From Candidatus Woesebacteria bacterium (GTDB lineage: Bacteria > Patescibacteriota > Saccharimonadia > Saccharimonadales > EFPC-124), in assembly GCA_050115675.1 (NCBI GenBank), contig JASFQB010000008.1, positions 10,854-74,853 on the forward strand: a DNA stretch of 64,000 bases, written 5' to 3'. Within the stretch, counting starts at the first letter, position 1, and every line of letters starts with the position of its first letter. Of the stretch, positions 10,117 to 19,327 are shown piece by piece. Made by a program: the position numbers and the translations under genes. A model generated the notes under the pieces. That model was not told where the DNA came from and made no database searches. It saw only the letters and a list, made by a program, of their open reading frames with translations.

Positions 10117-11259
10117 CTACTTCGCATGCCACGCAGACATCATCATACTCAAGGTTGACCAATCTGTCATTTTACTGCCAAGCGCTTGCTTTAAAGTGAT
10201 TATCTCGACTGGAAGACGTGCACCACGCTCGCCTACGACACTAATACCCCTTAAAGACTTAATCTGCTCGATCGAAAGACTTACCGCAACACCTCGAACA
10301 TAATGGGCAGATGTATTCGAGTCTGCCTGATGACTTTCAAGCAGCCTAACACGATCGCGATCAATATTTATAAAAAATGATCTAAAACACGTATGAATAG
10401 CCTCTGCCACAAACCCTGAACCCTGTTTTATCACCAAGTTTGGCAACCGCCACGTCAAGCCAAACGACGAACTAAACGCCCTTACTACGACAAATTCGCT
10501 TTTAAGCGACTGGCGCATATGGCGATAAAGCACAAGCGAGCACGTATCTGGCCTAGAGGATATGATTTCGTTTGGCATAACTACATTTGCATAACCAGCA
10601 TATACCTGAACGCTCATCGTCCACGATAGTACGACCGACCCTGGAGCCCTGATAGTAGACAAAACTCTGGCGTGCACTATACGATTACCGCCAGCCCGCA
10701 AGGTCGAATACCACTGCTGGAATGACGATGTACGCCAAATCATCAATGGAACTTCGCGATCACCATCACTGCGAACGCTACCTTGCCCAAGCAATTGCAA
10801 AGCAACAGCAACTGTTTGTGAAAGAGAAAAAGCATGTGGTACAAGATTCTCAACGGCAAAGGTTCGCATATACGTTGTCTTGGGTGCATCTGGTGGTGCC
10901 CCAAAAACAATCTTGCCTGAACTCTTCCACTCACCCCACTCAATATTCGTCGTAAAAGCTGGCATAACCTCTAGATTGCGCGGGACCCAGACCAAAATAA
11001 CATCTGACATATTCAAGCACTTCGTTTCCCAGCTAATCTGGTCATTATAGTGCGCTTTGTAGGTGACATCCCCATTCTTATTTGGGCGATCCTCAGGCAC
11101 AAAGACTACGCCATCATATCCAGCACGCGCCAGTAAGCTTAACGCCTCTCTTCGCCAGGATTTGACCGAAGACGAACGAGGCGTAGGGCCCATCAAAAAG
11201 ATTGATCGCTCAAACTTTTTAGGAGCTTGCTCACGCGAATAGACCACTACAATAGTCAT
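10117..11259 (-). CDS. Nucleoside 2-deoxyribosyltransferase-like domain protein fused to an uncharacterised ~200-aa C-terminal domain
   Basis: The N-terminal half (SIFLMGPTPRSSSVKSWRREAL...GVVFVPE...VILVWVPR...AFTTNIEWGEW..GKIVFGAP) matches my memory of the Nuc_deoxyri_tr2-type family. I prefer the ATG at 11259 (GGAG 8 nt upstream). The C-terminal half is not recognised. Confidence 0.55.
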   Translation of the reverse strand: MTIVVVYSREQAPKKFERSIFLMGPTPRSSSVKSWRREALSLLARAGYDGVVFVPEDRPNKNGDVTYKAHYNDQISWETKCLNMSDVILVWVPRNLEVMPAFTTNIEWGEWKSSGKIVFGAPPDAPKTTYMRTFAVENLVPHAFSLSQTVAVALQLLGQGSVRSDGDREVPLMIWRTSSFQQWYSTLRAGGNRIVHARVLSTIRAPGSVVLSWTMSVQVYAGYANVVMPNEIISSRPDTCSLVLYRHMRQSLKSEFVVVRAFSSSFGLTWRLPNLVIKQGSGFVAEAIHTCFRSFFINIDRDRVRLLESHQADSNTSAHYVRGVAVSLSIEQIKSLRGISVVGERGARLPVEIITLKQALGSKMTDWSTLSMMMSAWHAK

Positions 11260-11373
11260 GTTCGGCACTCCAAACTAGATCGCTCTGCACTTACGCACTA
11301 TAATATATTATACAATGACCTGTATTTTAGCCAAAGACACCAAATATAGCGCAAAAAGTAGTATCATTACACT

Positions 11374-12702
11374 ATGCAGACCACTCCAGATTCAACCATT
11401 TTAGTTATTGTTGGCATAACAGGCGATTTATCGCGGCGCAAACTCTTACCAGCCATATCCAAAATTGCCAGGGCGGGAGAATTGCCAAGCAATTTTAAAA
11501 TTATTGGCATTTCGCGCCAGAAAATTCAGCCAAAAGACGCTTTAACGCAAGATGTCGACAGCTTAAAAGATTTTATCTGCATGCACAAAATGGACCTTTC
11601 TGACACCAAAGATTACTCCGATCTTAAAAATCTACTAGCCACCACAGAACAAAATCTTGGCGGCAATGCACAAAAGCTTTTTTACTTGTCAATTCCGCCA
11701 CACGCTGCACGACCGGTAATAAAGTCTCTTGGCAAAGCAGGATTTGGTAAGGACAAAACCGTAAAACTTCTACTAGAAAAACCATTTGGCACAGACGAAC
11801 AATCCGCCATACAAACCATACAAGATATTCGCAAATATTTTAACGAGCAACAGATTTATCGCATAGACCATTACCTTGCAAAAGAAGCCGTGCAAAATTT
11901 GACCGTCTTTAGATCAGGCAACTCACTATTTAAACGCACCTGGAATAAAAACTACATCAAATCTATCCAAATAATCTCTAGCGAGACTATCGGCATTGAA
12001 GGCCGTAGCAGTTTTTACGAACAAACAGGCGCTCTGCGCGACGTTGTACAAAGCCACCTAGTTCAACTTGCGGCTCTGGCATTAATGGACCTACCAAAAG
12101 ATAACGACTGGTCTAAAATTCCAAAGCTAAGATTAAGAGCTTTAAAAAATCTAAAACCACCACAAAACATTGCCCAGCAGGTGATTCGTGGCCAGTACAA
12201 AAGCTATAGGCATGAAGTTGATAATCCGCAAACTACAGTAGAAACTTTTGCTTCAGTAACACTGTTCTCTGACGACAAAAAATGGCAGGGCGTACCCATA
12301 ACGCTAACCACTGGCAAAAGCCTAAACCAAAAAACTATCGAAATTCGAATAAACTACAAGCAGCAAAATCAACAAGAAGCCAACAGGCTTGTTTTGCGAA
12401 TTCAACCGCAAGAGGCCATAGAATTTGACATTTGGGTAAAACAACCAGGCTACGGTAAAAGCTTAAAGCAAGTGCCATTTGACTTTACATACAGCAACCA
12501 TTTTAACGACCTACCCGAAGCCTACGAGCAAGTATTTGTTGATGCAATTCGCGGAGACAGAAACCTGTTTACAACCAGCGACGAAGTTTTAGCCTCATGG
12601 CGAATACTCGACCCCATACAACACGCCTGGAGCATGCAAAACTACGACCTAATATTTTACAAAAACGGCAGCGACCCCAAAGATATTGCGCCAAACATTT
12701 AG
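11374..12702 (+). CDS. zwf: Glucose-6-phosphate 1-dehydrogenase
   Basis: N-terminal GITGDLSRRKLLPA dinucleotide motif and active-site RIDHYLAKE; 442 aa. Confidence 0.9.
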   Translation: MQTTPDSTILVIVGITGDLSRRKLLPAISKIARAGELPSNFKIIGISRQKIQPKDALTQDVDSLKDFICMHKMDLSDTKDYSDLKNLLATTEQNLGGNAQKLFYLSIPPHAARPVIKSLGKAGFGKDKTVKLLLEKPFGTDEQSAIQTIQDIRKYFNEQQIYRIDHYLAKEAVQNLTVFRSGNSLFKRTWNKNYIKSIQIISSETIGIEGRSSFYEQTGALRDVVQSHLVQLAALALMDLPKDNDWSKIPKLRLRALKNLKPPQNIAQQVIRGQYKSYRHEVDNPQTTVETFASVTLFSDDKKWQGVPITLTTGKSLNQKTIEIRINYKQQNQQEANRLVLRIQPQEAIEFDIWVKQPGYGKSLKQVPFDFTYSNHFNDLPEAYEQVFVDAIRGDRNLFTTSDEVLASWRILDPIQHAWSMQNYDLIFYKNGSDPKDIAPNI

Positions 12703-13406
12703 TAGTGCTGCGGCAAATATTCGTGTCGCGCCTCTATTAAATCTATCGGTCGATGCTTAAAAACGTCAGTCAACGTAGCCGAGTCATCGCCAAAGGTAAA
12801 CTCCTGCGATGCGTAATCTTCTGGTGTCATCCAGGCATTGCGCCCACCCTCAAACTCCACAATTAAATCGCCCCTAGTATTGTTACATGCTATCATAAAA
12901 AACATTTTATCTTCTAAAAGTCCGCCAGTCTCTTTGTTAAAATCCTGTTTATGATAAAGCTCCTCAAGAACAAAATCAGCCTCCAGGCCCGTTTCTTCCA
13001 TAAGCTCGCGCGCAGCAGTTTGCAAGATTGACTCGCCCCAGCGCACCTTGCCTGTAGGGCGACACCAGTAGCCGTAATACGGATGCTTAAGCCTTTGTTG
13101 CACAAGCAGCAAGCCATCGTCACGCATAATTTTTAAGCAAACAGCAATTTTAGGCTGTTTTTCGATAATTCGCTCATCTGTGTCAAAACGATTAGCGTAC
13201 TCTTTACCGTGGGTCGTTAGTAAATAATTACCACGCTCGTTCTTTTTAACGACATCTTGTTCAATCATTCTTTTAAGATGAAAATTAAAATGATCGCTAG
13301 ATAATTTGCTAGCCTTTTGCAACTGAGCAAAGCTCGCATCTGGCGCAAAAAGCAATGCGCGCAGAATTGCAACTTGGGCAGTGTGCATTGTGTCGTTTAT
13401 TTTCAT
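12699..13406 (-). CDS. NUDIX hydrolase with N-terminal winged-helix domain
   Basis: Nudix box GKVRWGESILQTAARELMEETGL. The N-terminal ~70 aa are wHTH-like. Confidence 0.8.
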   Translation of the reverse strand: MKINDTMHTAQVAILRALLFAPDASFAQLQKASKLSSDHFNFHLKRMIEQDVVKKNERGNYLLTTHGKEYANRFDTDERIIEKQPKIAVCLKIMRDDGLLLVQQRLKHPYYGYWCRPTGKVRWGESILQTAARELMEETGLEADFVLEELYHKQDFNKETGGLLEDKMFFMIACNNTRGDLIVEFEGGRNAWMTPEDYASQEFTFGDDSATLTDVFKHRPIDLIEARHEYLPQHY

Positions 13407-13488
13407 ATCAATCCTTTACTAAATCTGTGGTTAATTCACATAAATTATCACCAAGAGTTAAATAAATTTCTAGTAAAGTCCAGTTTAG

Positions 13489-13956
13489 CTATTTCTTATA
13501 AACATAATCGCAAACCTTGCGCCATTGCTTCGTAGAAACAACGTAACCTTTAATCTCACCATTGACACGCGAAATGCCAACAAGGGCCGGATTATAACGC
13601 GCCAGACTTTCGTAGTAACGCGTATCGTCGCGACTAGTTATATATTTACCCGGAAACAGCTGCTTAAACTTTGCAGTCCCCACGCGCTGAAAATACTCAT
13701 CGTCGCCCCTTGGTGGAATAAACTTTTCTGCTATCAAATTCATACGGCGAGCAATTTGAATAACATCGCCCAGCGTCATCATGTTTGCGGAAGCAACAAG
13801 CAAAAAATGACCACTACTCGAGGTGTCAAACAAAGTAGCGTGCGAGGCCATACCTACAGAAACACCACGCACAATCGCACGCGTAATTGTTAGCTTAGTA
13901 TTAAACTCAGTCTCACAAATATGCTCAATTGCAATATCGTCATATACCGCATCCAT
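13489..13956 (-). CDS. Hypothetical protein
   Basis: 155-aa ORF. TAAAAT lies 7 nt upstream of the ATG (leaderless-type start). No family recognised. Confidence 0.5.
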   Translation of the reverse strand: MDAVYDDIAIEHICETEFNTKLTITRAIVRGVSVGMASHATLFDTSSSGHFLLVASANMMTLGDVIQIARRMNLIAEKFIPPRGDDEYFQRVGTAKFKQLFPGKYITSRDDTRYYESLARYNPALVGISRVNGEIKGYVVSTKQWRKVCDYVYKK

Positions 13957-14041
13957 TAATAGTATTTTACGACAACTTTTATAATTTGACTAATATGGTA
14001 TATAATTCTTATGTCAAATAGGTTCTGTCAAGGGAGCAATC

Positions 14042-14449
14042 ATGCCACCTGTAATGCGTATCATCTACGGCAATGTCCTTCTTGTAAACGGCAAGCCGCT
14101 TGGGCCAGAGTCGCTAGATGGCCAGGAATCCCTAATACACACTATTCGCAATGCCAAAGAAATTATTGGCAGTGCTTTTGAGGAGTTCCCAGAAGTATGG
14201 ACTATGCATCTCGGCAACGAAGCAGAAGTTTTTGTAGAAGGGTTCAACACCGCCGCAGGAGTCTTTGACACGCCTAGCGGCTTAAGGCCCAGGTTTGCCG
14301 AAATCTGGCAGCTTTTTATTGACAACAACTACAGACCAAGGATCAGGATCAGCAGTGGAATGTTCGACGGATACCGCGGAGCGTTTTTGCTTCTCTGTAA
14401 ACCAACCGCAGCGGAAGGCTCATCCGAAGCTTCTTCAGCCAAAAAGTAG
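14042..14449 (+). CDS. Hypothetical protein
   Basis: 135-aa ORF with AGGGAG SD and a downstream hairpin terminator. No family recognised. Confidence 0.5.
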   Translation: MPPVMRIIYGNVLLVNGKPLGPESLDGQESLIHTIRNAKEIIGSAFEEFPEVWTMHLGNEAEVFVEGFNTAAGVFDTPSGLRPRFAEIWQLFIDNNYRPRIRISSGMFDGYRGAFLLLCKPTAAEGSSEASSAKK

Positions 14450-14461
14450 CCGCGCATAACC

Positions 14462-14488
14462 GTGCCCTCAGATTAATTCTGAGGGCAC
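14462..14488 (+). terminator. Hairpin terminator
   Basis: GTGCCCTCAG (14462-14471) pairs with CTGAGGGCAC (14479-14488). Confidence 0.6.
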
Positions 14489-14547
14489 ATAAAATACAAC
14501 ATTATTTTATAGTCATTCACCTCGATGCAGAGTACAATTATTAAGTA

Positions 14548-17500
14548 ATGACATCTTTTAAGGAAGTATACAACCAACTAAACTCAACCCAGCAATTGGC
14601 TGTTGATACTATTGACGGCCCAGTCATGGTTGTTGCTGGCCCAGGAACTGGCAAAACCCAGTTATTGAGCATGCGCGTGGCTAACATTTTGCGCAAAACA
14701 GATGCACTGCCCAATAACATACTTTGTTTGACTTTTACCGAATCTGGCGCAACCGCCATGCGACAGCGTCTTGCAAGCTTAATTGGGCCAGATGCTTACA
14801 AGGTAGCTATTCACACCTTTCATAGTTTTGGCACAGAGGTTATAAATCACAACCCAGAGTTCTTTTACGAAGGTGCGCGCTTTAAACCAGCAGACGAACT
14901 AAGTAGCTTTGAGATTTTAGAGCCAATCTTTAAAAAGCTACCTCACAACAGCCCCTTGGCTGCTACAATGAACGGCAATTTTACTGCCATTCGTGACGTA
15001 AAAGCCGCAATTGGACAGCTTAAAAAAGCAGGGTTAACTCCCCATGAGCTTTTGTCGATTTTGGACCACAACGATAAATTTATAACCAAAGCCGAGCCAA
15101 TCTTGGCAAAAACTTTTGACGTACCACGCCTAGGCAAAAAAGATATCGCAAATTGTGCAGAAGCCGCCAAGCAACTTAGCCAAATTAAAATCACCAAAAC
15201 GCCAATTGCCGTCTTAAAGCCGTTAGCCACAGTCTGTTTGCACGAATTTTACGAGGCCGTAGATGCCGCCACAGAATCTAGCAGCACAAAACCGCTAACC
15301 AACTGGCGCAACCGCTGGCTAGAGCGCGATGCCAACAAAAAATACGTTTTTAAAGATCAAAAACGCAACAACAAGTTACGCACCGTTGCCAAAATATATC
15401 AAGACTATTTGCTAGACATGCAAAAAAAAGAATTGTTTGACTTTGATGACATGATTTTAAACGTCGTTCAGGCAATGATTGTTTACCCAGATTTGCGCTA
15501 CAACTTGCAAGAGACCTACCAATATGTACTGGTAGACGAGTTTCAAGACACGAACGTCGCACAAATGCGTTTACTGCAAAGTTTACTAGATAACGAAATT
15601 GACAACGGCAGACCCAACATCATGGCGGTCGGCGACGACGACCAAGCAATTTACGCTTTTCAAGGCGCAGAAATTGGCAACATTTTGCAGTTTAAAGATC
15701 TTTACAGAGATCCTGTAATTATTACACTAACTGATAACTACCGCTCTACAAACGCCGTATTGCAAAGCGCCCGAGAGGTAATAACTCAGGGGCAATACCG
15801 CCTAGAAACAGAGATAAAAAACATCAACAAAACACTTACGGCTCACGTTAAAGCTCCCAATACTGTTAGCCAGCTACACGATTTTGTCAGCCCAAGCGCG
15901 CAATATAGTTGGATAGTAGACGAAATTAAAAAGCTTATCAAGCAGGGGGCAGAGCCAAACCAAATTGCCGTTCTTGCACGCAACCACAAACAGCTTGCCG
16001 AAGTTTTGCCATACCTGCAAGATGCTGGCCTGGCTATAAACTACGAACGCCGCAACAACGTACTTGAAGCCAAACACATCCGAGCGCTTATTACACTTGC
16101 ACGCACAATTGTTGCATTGGCCGAGCAACGTTTTGACGTTGCCGAATCCAACCTGCCAGAGCTTTTAAGCTACGATTTTTGGGGAATAAAACCTTTAGAC
16201 ATCTGGCAATTGTCAATCGATTCTTACAATCAACGTCGTTTTTGGCTAGAACTAATGCTAGAAAGGCAAGACAGGCTGCGCGCCATTGCCGAGTTTTTAA
16301 TTATTGCCAGTCAACGCTCGCTAAGCGATCCACTAGAGCAAATGCTAGATATGTTAATTGGCAATAACGAGCTGCAAGTTTCTGATGATAATTATTCTGA
16401 CGAAGAAACAGACAAATCTGGCCCCGTAGAAGAGTTTAACTCACCGTTTAGGGCACATTACTTTAACGCCCGGCAGCTTAATGAAAATCCTGCAAAATAT
16501 CTGTCGATGCTTAGCAATCTATCTGCCATCAGACACAAATTACGCGAATATCGTCCAGATCAAGCCTTAACATTAGCAAATTACGTAGATTTTGTTGATC
16601 TGCACCAAAAGACCAACATCAACATAGTTGACACCATGCAACACCAAGAAGATTCGTCGGCAATTCAGGTTATGACCGCACACAAGTCAAAAGGGTTAGA
16701 ATTTGGCACTGTTTTTATAACAAGCTGCCAAGAAGACATTTGGGGGTCGGGCACACGCAGCAGATCAAGCAGCATAAAATTTCCTCATAATATGCCGCTA
16801 GAGCCAGCTGGGCAAAGCGACGATGATTGTTTAAGATTGTTTTTTGTAGCGATGACTCGCGCGCGACATAATCTACATGTGTGCCGCTATCAAAGCGATA
16901 ATTCTGGCAAAGATGCCGCACTGGCTAGCTTCTTGACATCCACCAGTTTAACGGCGCAAAACCATGATAGCACCACCCAAGAAGAATCTTTAGCTAAAGC
17001 TCAAGAGCCAACCTGGACAAGCAAACATACTTATTCGACCAACGCCGACCAAAAACAGCTCTTGCAGCCAAAACTCGACAAATACATGCTTAGCAGTACA
17101 CATTTAAATAATTTTTTGGACGTTGCGAATGGCGGCCCGCAAGCGTTCTTTCTGCAAAACCTTTTGCGCTTTCCTCAAGCCATGAGCATAAATGCGGTTT
17201 TTGGTTCGGTAATGCACACTGTAATTCAGCGTGCACACGTGCATTTGTCGTCAACGGGCGAAAAACGCCCGACCGAAGATATTTTGCACGATTTTGAATT
17301 ACAATTGCAGAACTCCCGGCTAAGTGAACGTGATTTTTCATACCTACTAGAAAAGGGTAGCGAAACTCTGCAAACCTATCTGAAACAGCGCCACGAATCG
17401 TTTAGCCCAACCCAAAAAACAGAATTTGCACTGCGCAAGGTTGCACTAGGCGAAGCCAGGCTTACAGGCTCGCTCGACTTAGTAGATTTTATTGACAACC

Positions 17501-17877
17501 AAATTATTGTAACAGACTACAAAACAGGCAAAGCTCCACAAAGTTGGTCCGGAACAACAGATTACGAAAAAATAAAACTGCACAAATACCGCCAGCAGCT
17601 AATGATGTATAAAATTTTGGTAGAAAATTCGGCCGAACTTGGAGCAAAATACACTGTAAATAGGGGAATACTTGAATTTGTTGAACCAAACCGTAACGGT
17701 GAAATTACACTGCTAGAGCTAGATTTTGACAAGTCCGAACTAGAAGAATTTGCAAACTTAGTGCAAGTTGTATGGAAGCGCATAATAGAGCTAGATCTGC
17801 CAGATACAAGCAAGTATTCGGCCAATTTTAATGGCATGACAGAGTTCGAGCAAGATTTGCTGAGTGGTAAAGCGTAG
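14548..17877 (+). CDS. UvrD/PcrA/AddA-type superfamily-1 helicase with C-terminal PD-(D/E)xK nuclease domain
   Basis: Walker A GPGTGKT, motif II VDEFQDTN, further motifs TDNYRS and TAHKSKGLEF. C-terminal nuclease motif GSLDLVDF...IVTDYKTGK. 1109 aa. Confidence 0.85.
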   Translation: MTSFKEVYNQLNSTQQLAVDTIDGPVMVVAGPGTGKTQLLSMRVANILRKTDALPNNILCLTFTESGATAMRQRLASLIGPDAYKVAIHTFHSFGTEVINHNPEFFYEGARFKPADELSSFEILEPIFKKLPHNSPLAATMNGNFTAIRDVKAAIGQLKKAGLTPHELLSILDHNDKFITKAEPILAKTFDVPRLGKKDIANCAEAAKQLSQIKITKTPIAVLKPLATVCLHEFYEAVDAATESSSTKPLTNWRNRWLERDANKKYVFKDQKRNNKLRTVAKIYQDYLLDMQKKELFDFDDMILNVVQAMIVYPDLRYNLQETYQYVLVDEFQDTNVAQMRLLQSLLDNEIDNGRPNIMAVGDDDQAIYAFQGAEIGNILQFKDLYRDPVIITLTDNYRSTNAVLQSAREVITQGQYRLETEIKNINKTLTAHVKAPNTVSQLHDFVSPSAQYSWIVDEIKKLIKQGAEPNQIAVLARNHKQLAEVLPYLQDAGLAINYERRNNVLEAKHIRALITLARTIVALAEQRFDVAESNLPELLSYDFWGIKPLDIWQLSIDSYNQRRFWLELMLERQDRLRAIAEFLIIASQRSLSDPLEQMLDMLIGNNELQVSDDNYSDEETDKSGPVEEFNSPFRAHYFNARQLNENPAKYLSMLSNLSAIRHKLREYRPDQALTLANYVDFVDLHQKTNINIVDTMQHQEDSSAIQVMTAHKSKGLEFGTVFITSCQEDIWGSGTRSRSSSIKFPHNMPLEPAGQSDDDCLRLFFVAMTRARHNLHVCRYQSDNSGKDAALASFLTSTSLTAQNHDSTTQEESLAKAQEPTWTSKHTYSTNADQKQLLQPKLDKYMLSSTHLNNFLDVANGGPQAFFLQNLLRFPQAMSINAVFGSVMHTVIQRAHVHLSSTGEKRPTEDILHDFELQLQNSRLSERDFSYLLEKGSETLQTYLKQRHESFSPTQKTEFALRKVALGEARLTGSLDLVDFIDNQIIVTDYKTGKAPQSWSGTTDYEKIKLHKYRQQLMMYKILVENSAELGAKYTVNRGILEFVEPNRNGEITLLELDFDKSELEEFANLVQVVWKRIIELDLPDTSKYSANFNGMTEFEQDLLSGKA

Positions 17878-17885
17878 AAATTAAA

Positions 17886-17924
17886 GCGGGTTTCGTGTCT
17901 TCAACAGAAAGGCACGAAACCCGC
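17886..17924. terminator. Hairpin terminator between convergent genes
   Basis: 12-bp stem: GCGGGTTTCGTG (17886-17897) pairs with CACGAAACCCGC (17913-17924). Confidence 0.7.
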
Positions 17925-17949
17925 AGAAGTAAAGTCGCCCTAGACGGCG

Positions 17950-18213
17950 CTATTTAAAATGCAACTTGCTACCGCCTTTTTTGCCGTAGACCAAAACTCC
18001 CAGCGTAAGGGGAACAATCAACCTACCCCTCTCGGGACATTCAACGATATAGCACCCTTCACGCATGATGCGATCAGCGGCCATGGGGTTGGGCGAGTAG
18101 CCGCCTTCCATTACCCTGTTTGAGGGAATGAACTCGACAATATCCCTGTCGAAGCGTGCCAGACCAGGCACCAAAAGGCCAACAACACCCTCACCAAGAT
18201 TACCCTTAGCCAT
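17950..18213 (-). CDS. Hypothetical small protein (GC-enriched orphan)
   Basis: I prefer the ATG at 18213 with GGAAGGA about 10 nt upstream. 87 aa; no family recognised. Confidence 0.45.
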   Translation of the reverse strand: MAKGNLGEGVVGLLVPGLARFDRDIVEFIPSNRVMEGGYSPNPMAADRIMREGCYIVECPERGRLIVPLTLGVLVYGKKGGSKLHFK

Positions 18214-18334
18214 TGCAGTACATTCCTTCCGTAGTTGCAACTTGCGCCTCTGTTAATACGATAACATAAAAAACATATTTTTCAATATCTTATTGCACAC
18301 CACCCCTATAAAAGCTATAATAATTTAAGATTTT

Positions 18335-19282
18335 ATGACAAATTTTTGGCACAATCTACCCAAGCCTTTTTTTGCGCTTGCACCTATGGACGGCGTTACA
18401 GACGTTGTTTTTAGGCATGTCGTAGCCAAGGCAGGCAAGCCAGATTTATTTTTTACCGAATTTGTAAACACAGATAGCTTTTGCAGCGCAAAAGGCAAGC
18501 AAGCCACGGCTTCGCGACTTGCGTTTACGCCTGACGAGCAACCAATAATAGCTCAAATATGGGGAGCAAACCCAGAGCATTACTCCATAGCCGCTAGAGA
18601 GTTAAAAGGCATGGGCTTTGCAGGCATAGATATAAACATGGGCTGCCCCGTTAAAGACGTAATTAAAAAGGGCAGTGGATCAGCCCTAATAACCACTCCA
18701 AACTTGGCGGCAGAAATTATTGCCGCAACAAAAGAGGCCGGTCTGCCAGTTAGTGTAAAAACCAGAATTGGCTTTAAACAACGCAACACAGAAGAATGGT
18801 TAGGCTTTTTACTGCAGCAAAATCTAGACGCATTAACGGTTCATGGACGCACTCAAAAAGAGCAAAGCAAAGCGCCAGCAGACTGGTCAGAAATTAGCAA
18901 AGCAGTACAATTGCGCAATCAAATTTCGCCGCGCACGCTAATTATTGGTAATGGCGACGTCAAAAATCGCGCCGACGGCCTAGACAAAGCACAACAATAT
19001 GGTGTTGACGGAATTATGATTGGTCGCGGTGTATTTGCAAATGTATTTTGTTTTAAAAAAGAACCAAAGCAACACTCACACAAAGAATACCTTGACTTGC
19101 TTATTATGCATTTAGACCTTTTTGAAAAGCAATGGCCAGAAAATCCATTCGCGCCGCTTAAAAGATTTTTTAAGATTTACATCAGGGATTTCTCAGGCGC
19201 AAGTGAAATTCGCGACCGACTTATGCACACCACAAGTACAAATGAAGCTCGCGAAATAATAAAAAGCCTGTTGCAAGCATAA
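18335..19282 (+). CDS. tRNA-dihydrouridine synthase
   Basis: LAPMDGVTD N-terminal motif, GIDINMGCP catalytic-cysteine context, and a TIM-barrel Dus pattern. Confidence 0.85.
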   Translation: MTNFWHNLPKPFFALAPMDGVTDVVFRHVVAKAGKPDLFFTEFVNTDSFCSAKGKQATASRLAFTPDEQPIIAQIWGANPEHYSIAARELKGMGFAGIDINMGCPVKDVIKKGSGSALITTPNLAAEIIAATKEAGLPVSVKTRIGFKQRNTEEWLGFLLQQNLDALTVHGRTQKEQSKAPADWSEISKAVQLRNQISPRTLIIGNGDVKNRADGLDKAQQYGVDGIMIGRGVFANVFCFKKEPKQHSHKEYLDLLIMHLDLFEKQWPENPFAPLKRFFKIYIRDFSGASEIRDRLMHTTSTNEAREIIKSLLQA

Positions 19283-19327
19283 GTACAATCCTGTTAATCT
19301 ATAATTAATTAATAAGGAGCTTTTTGC

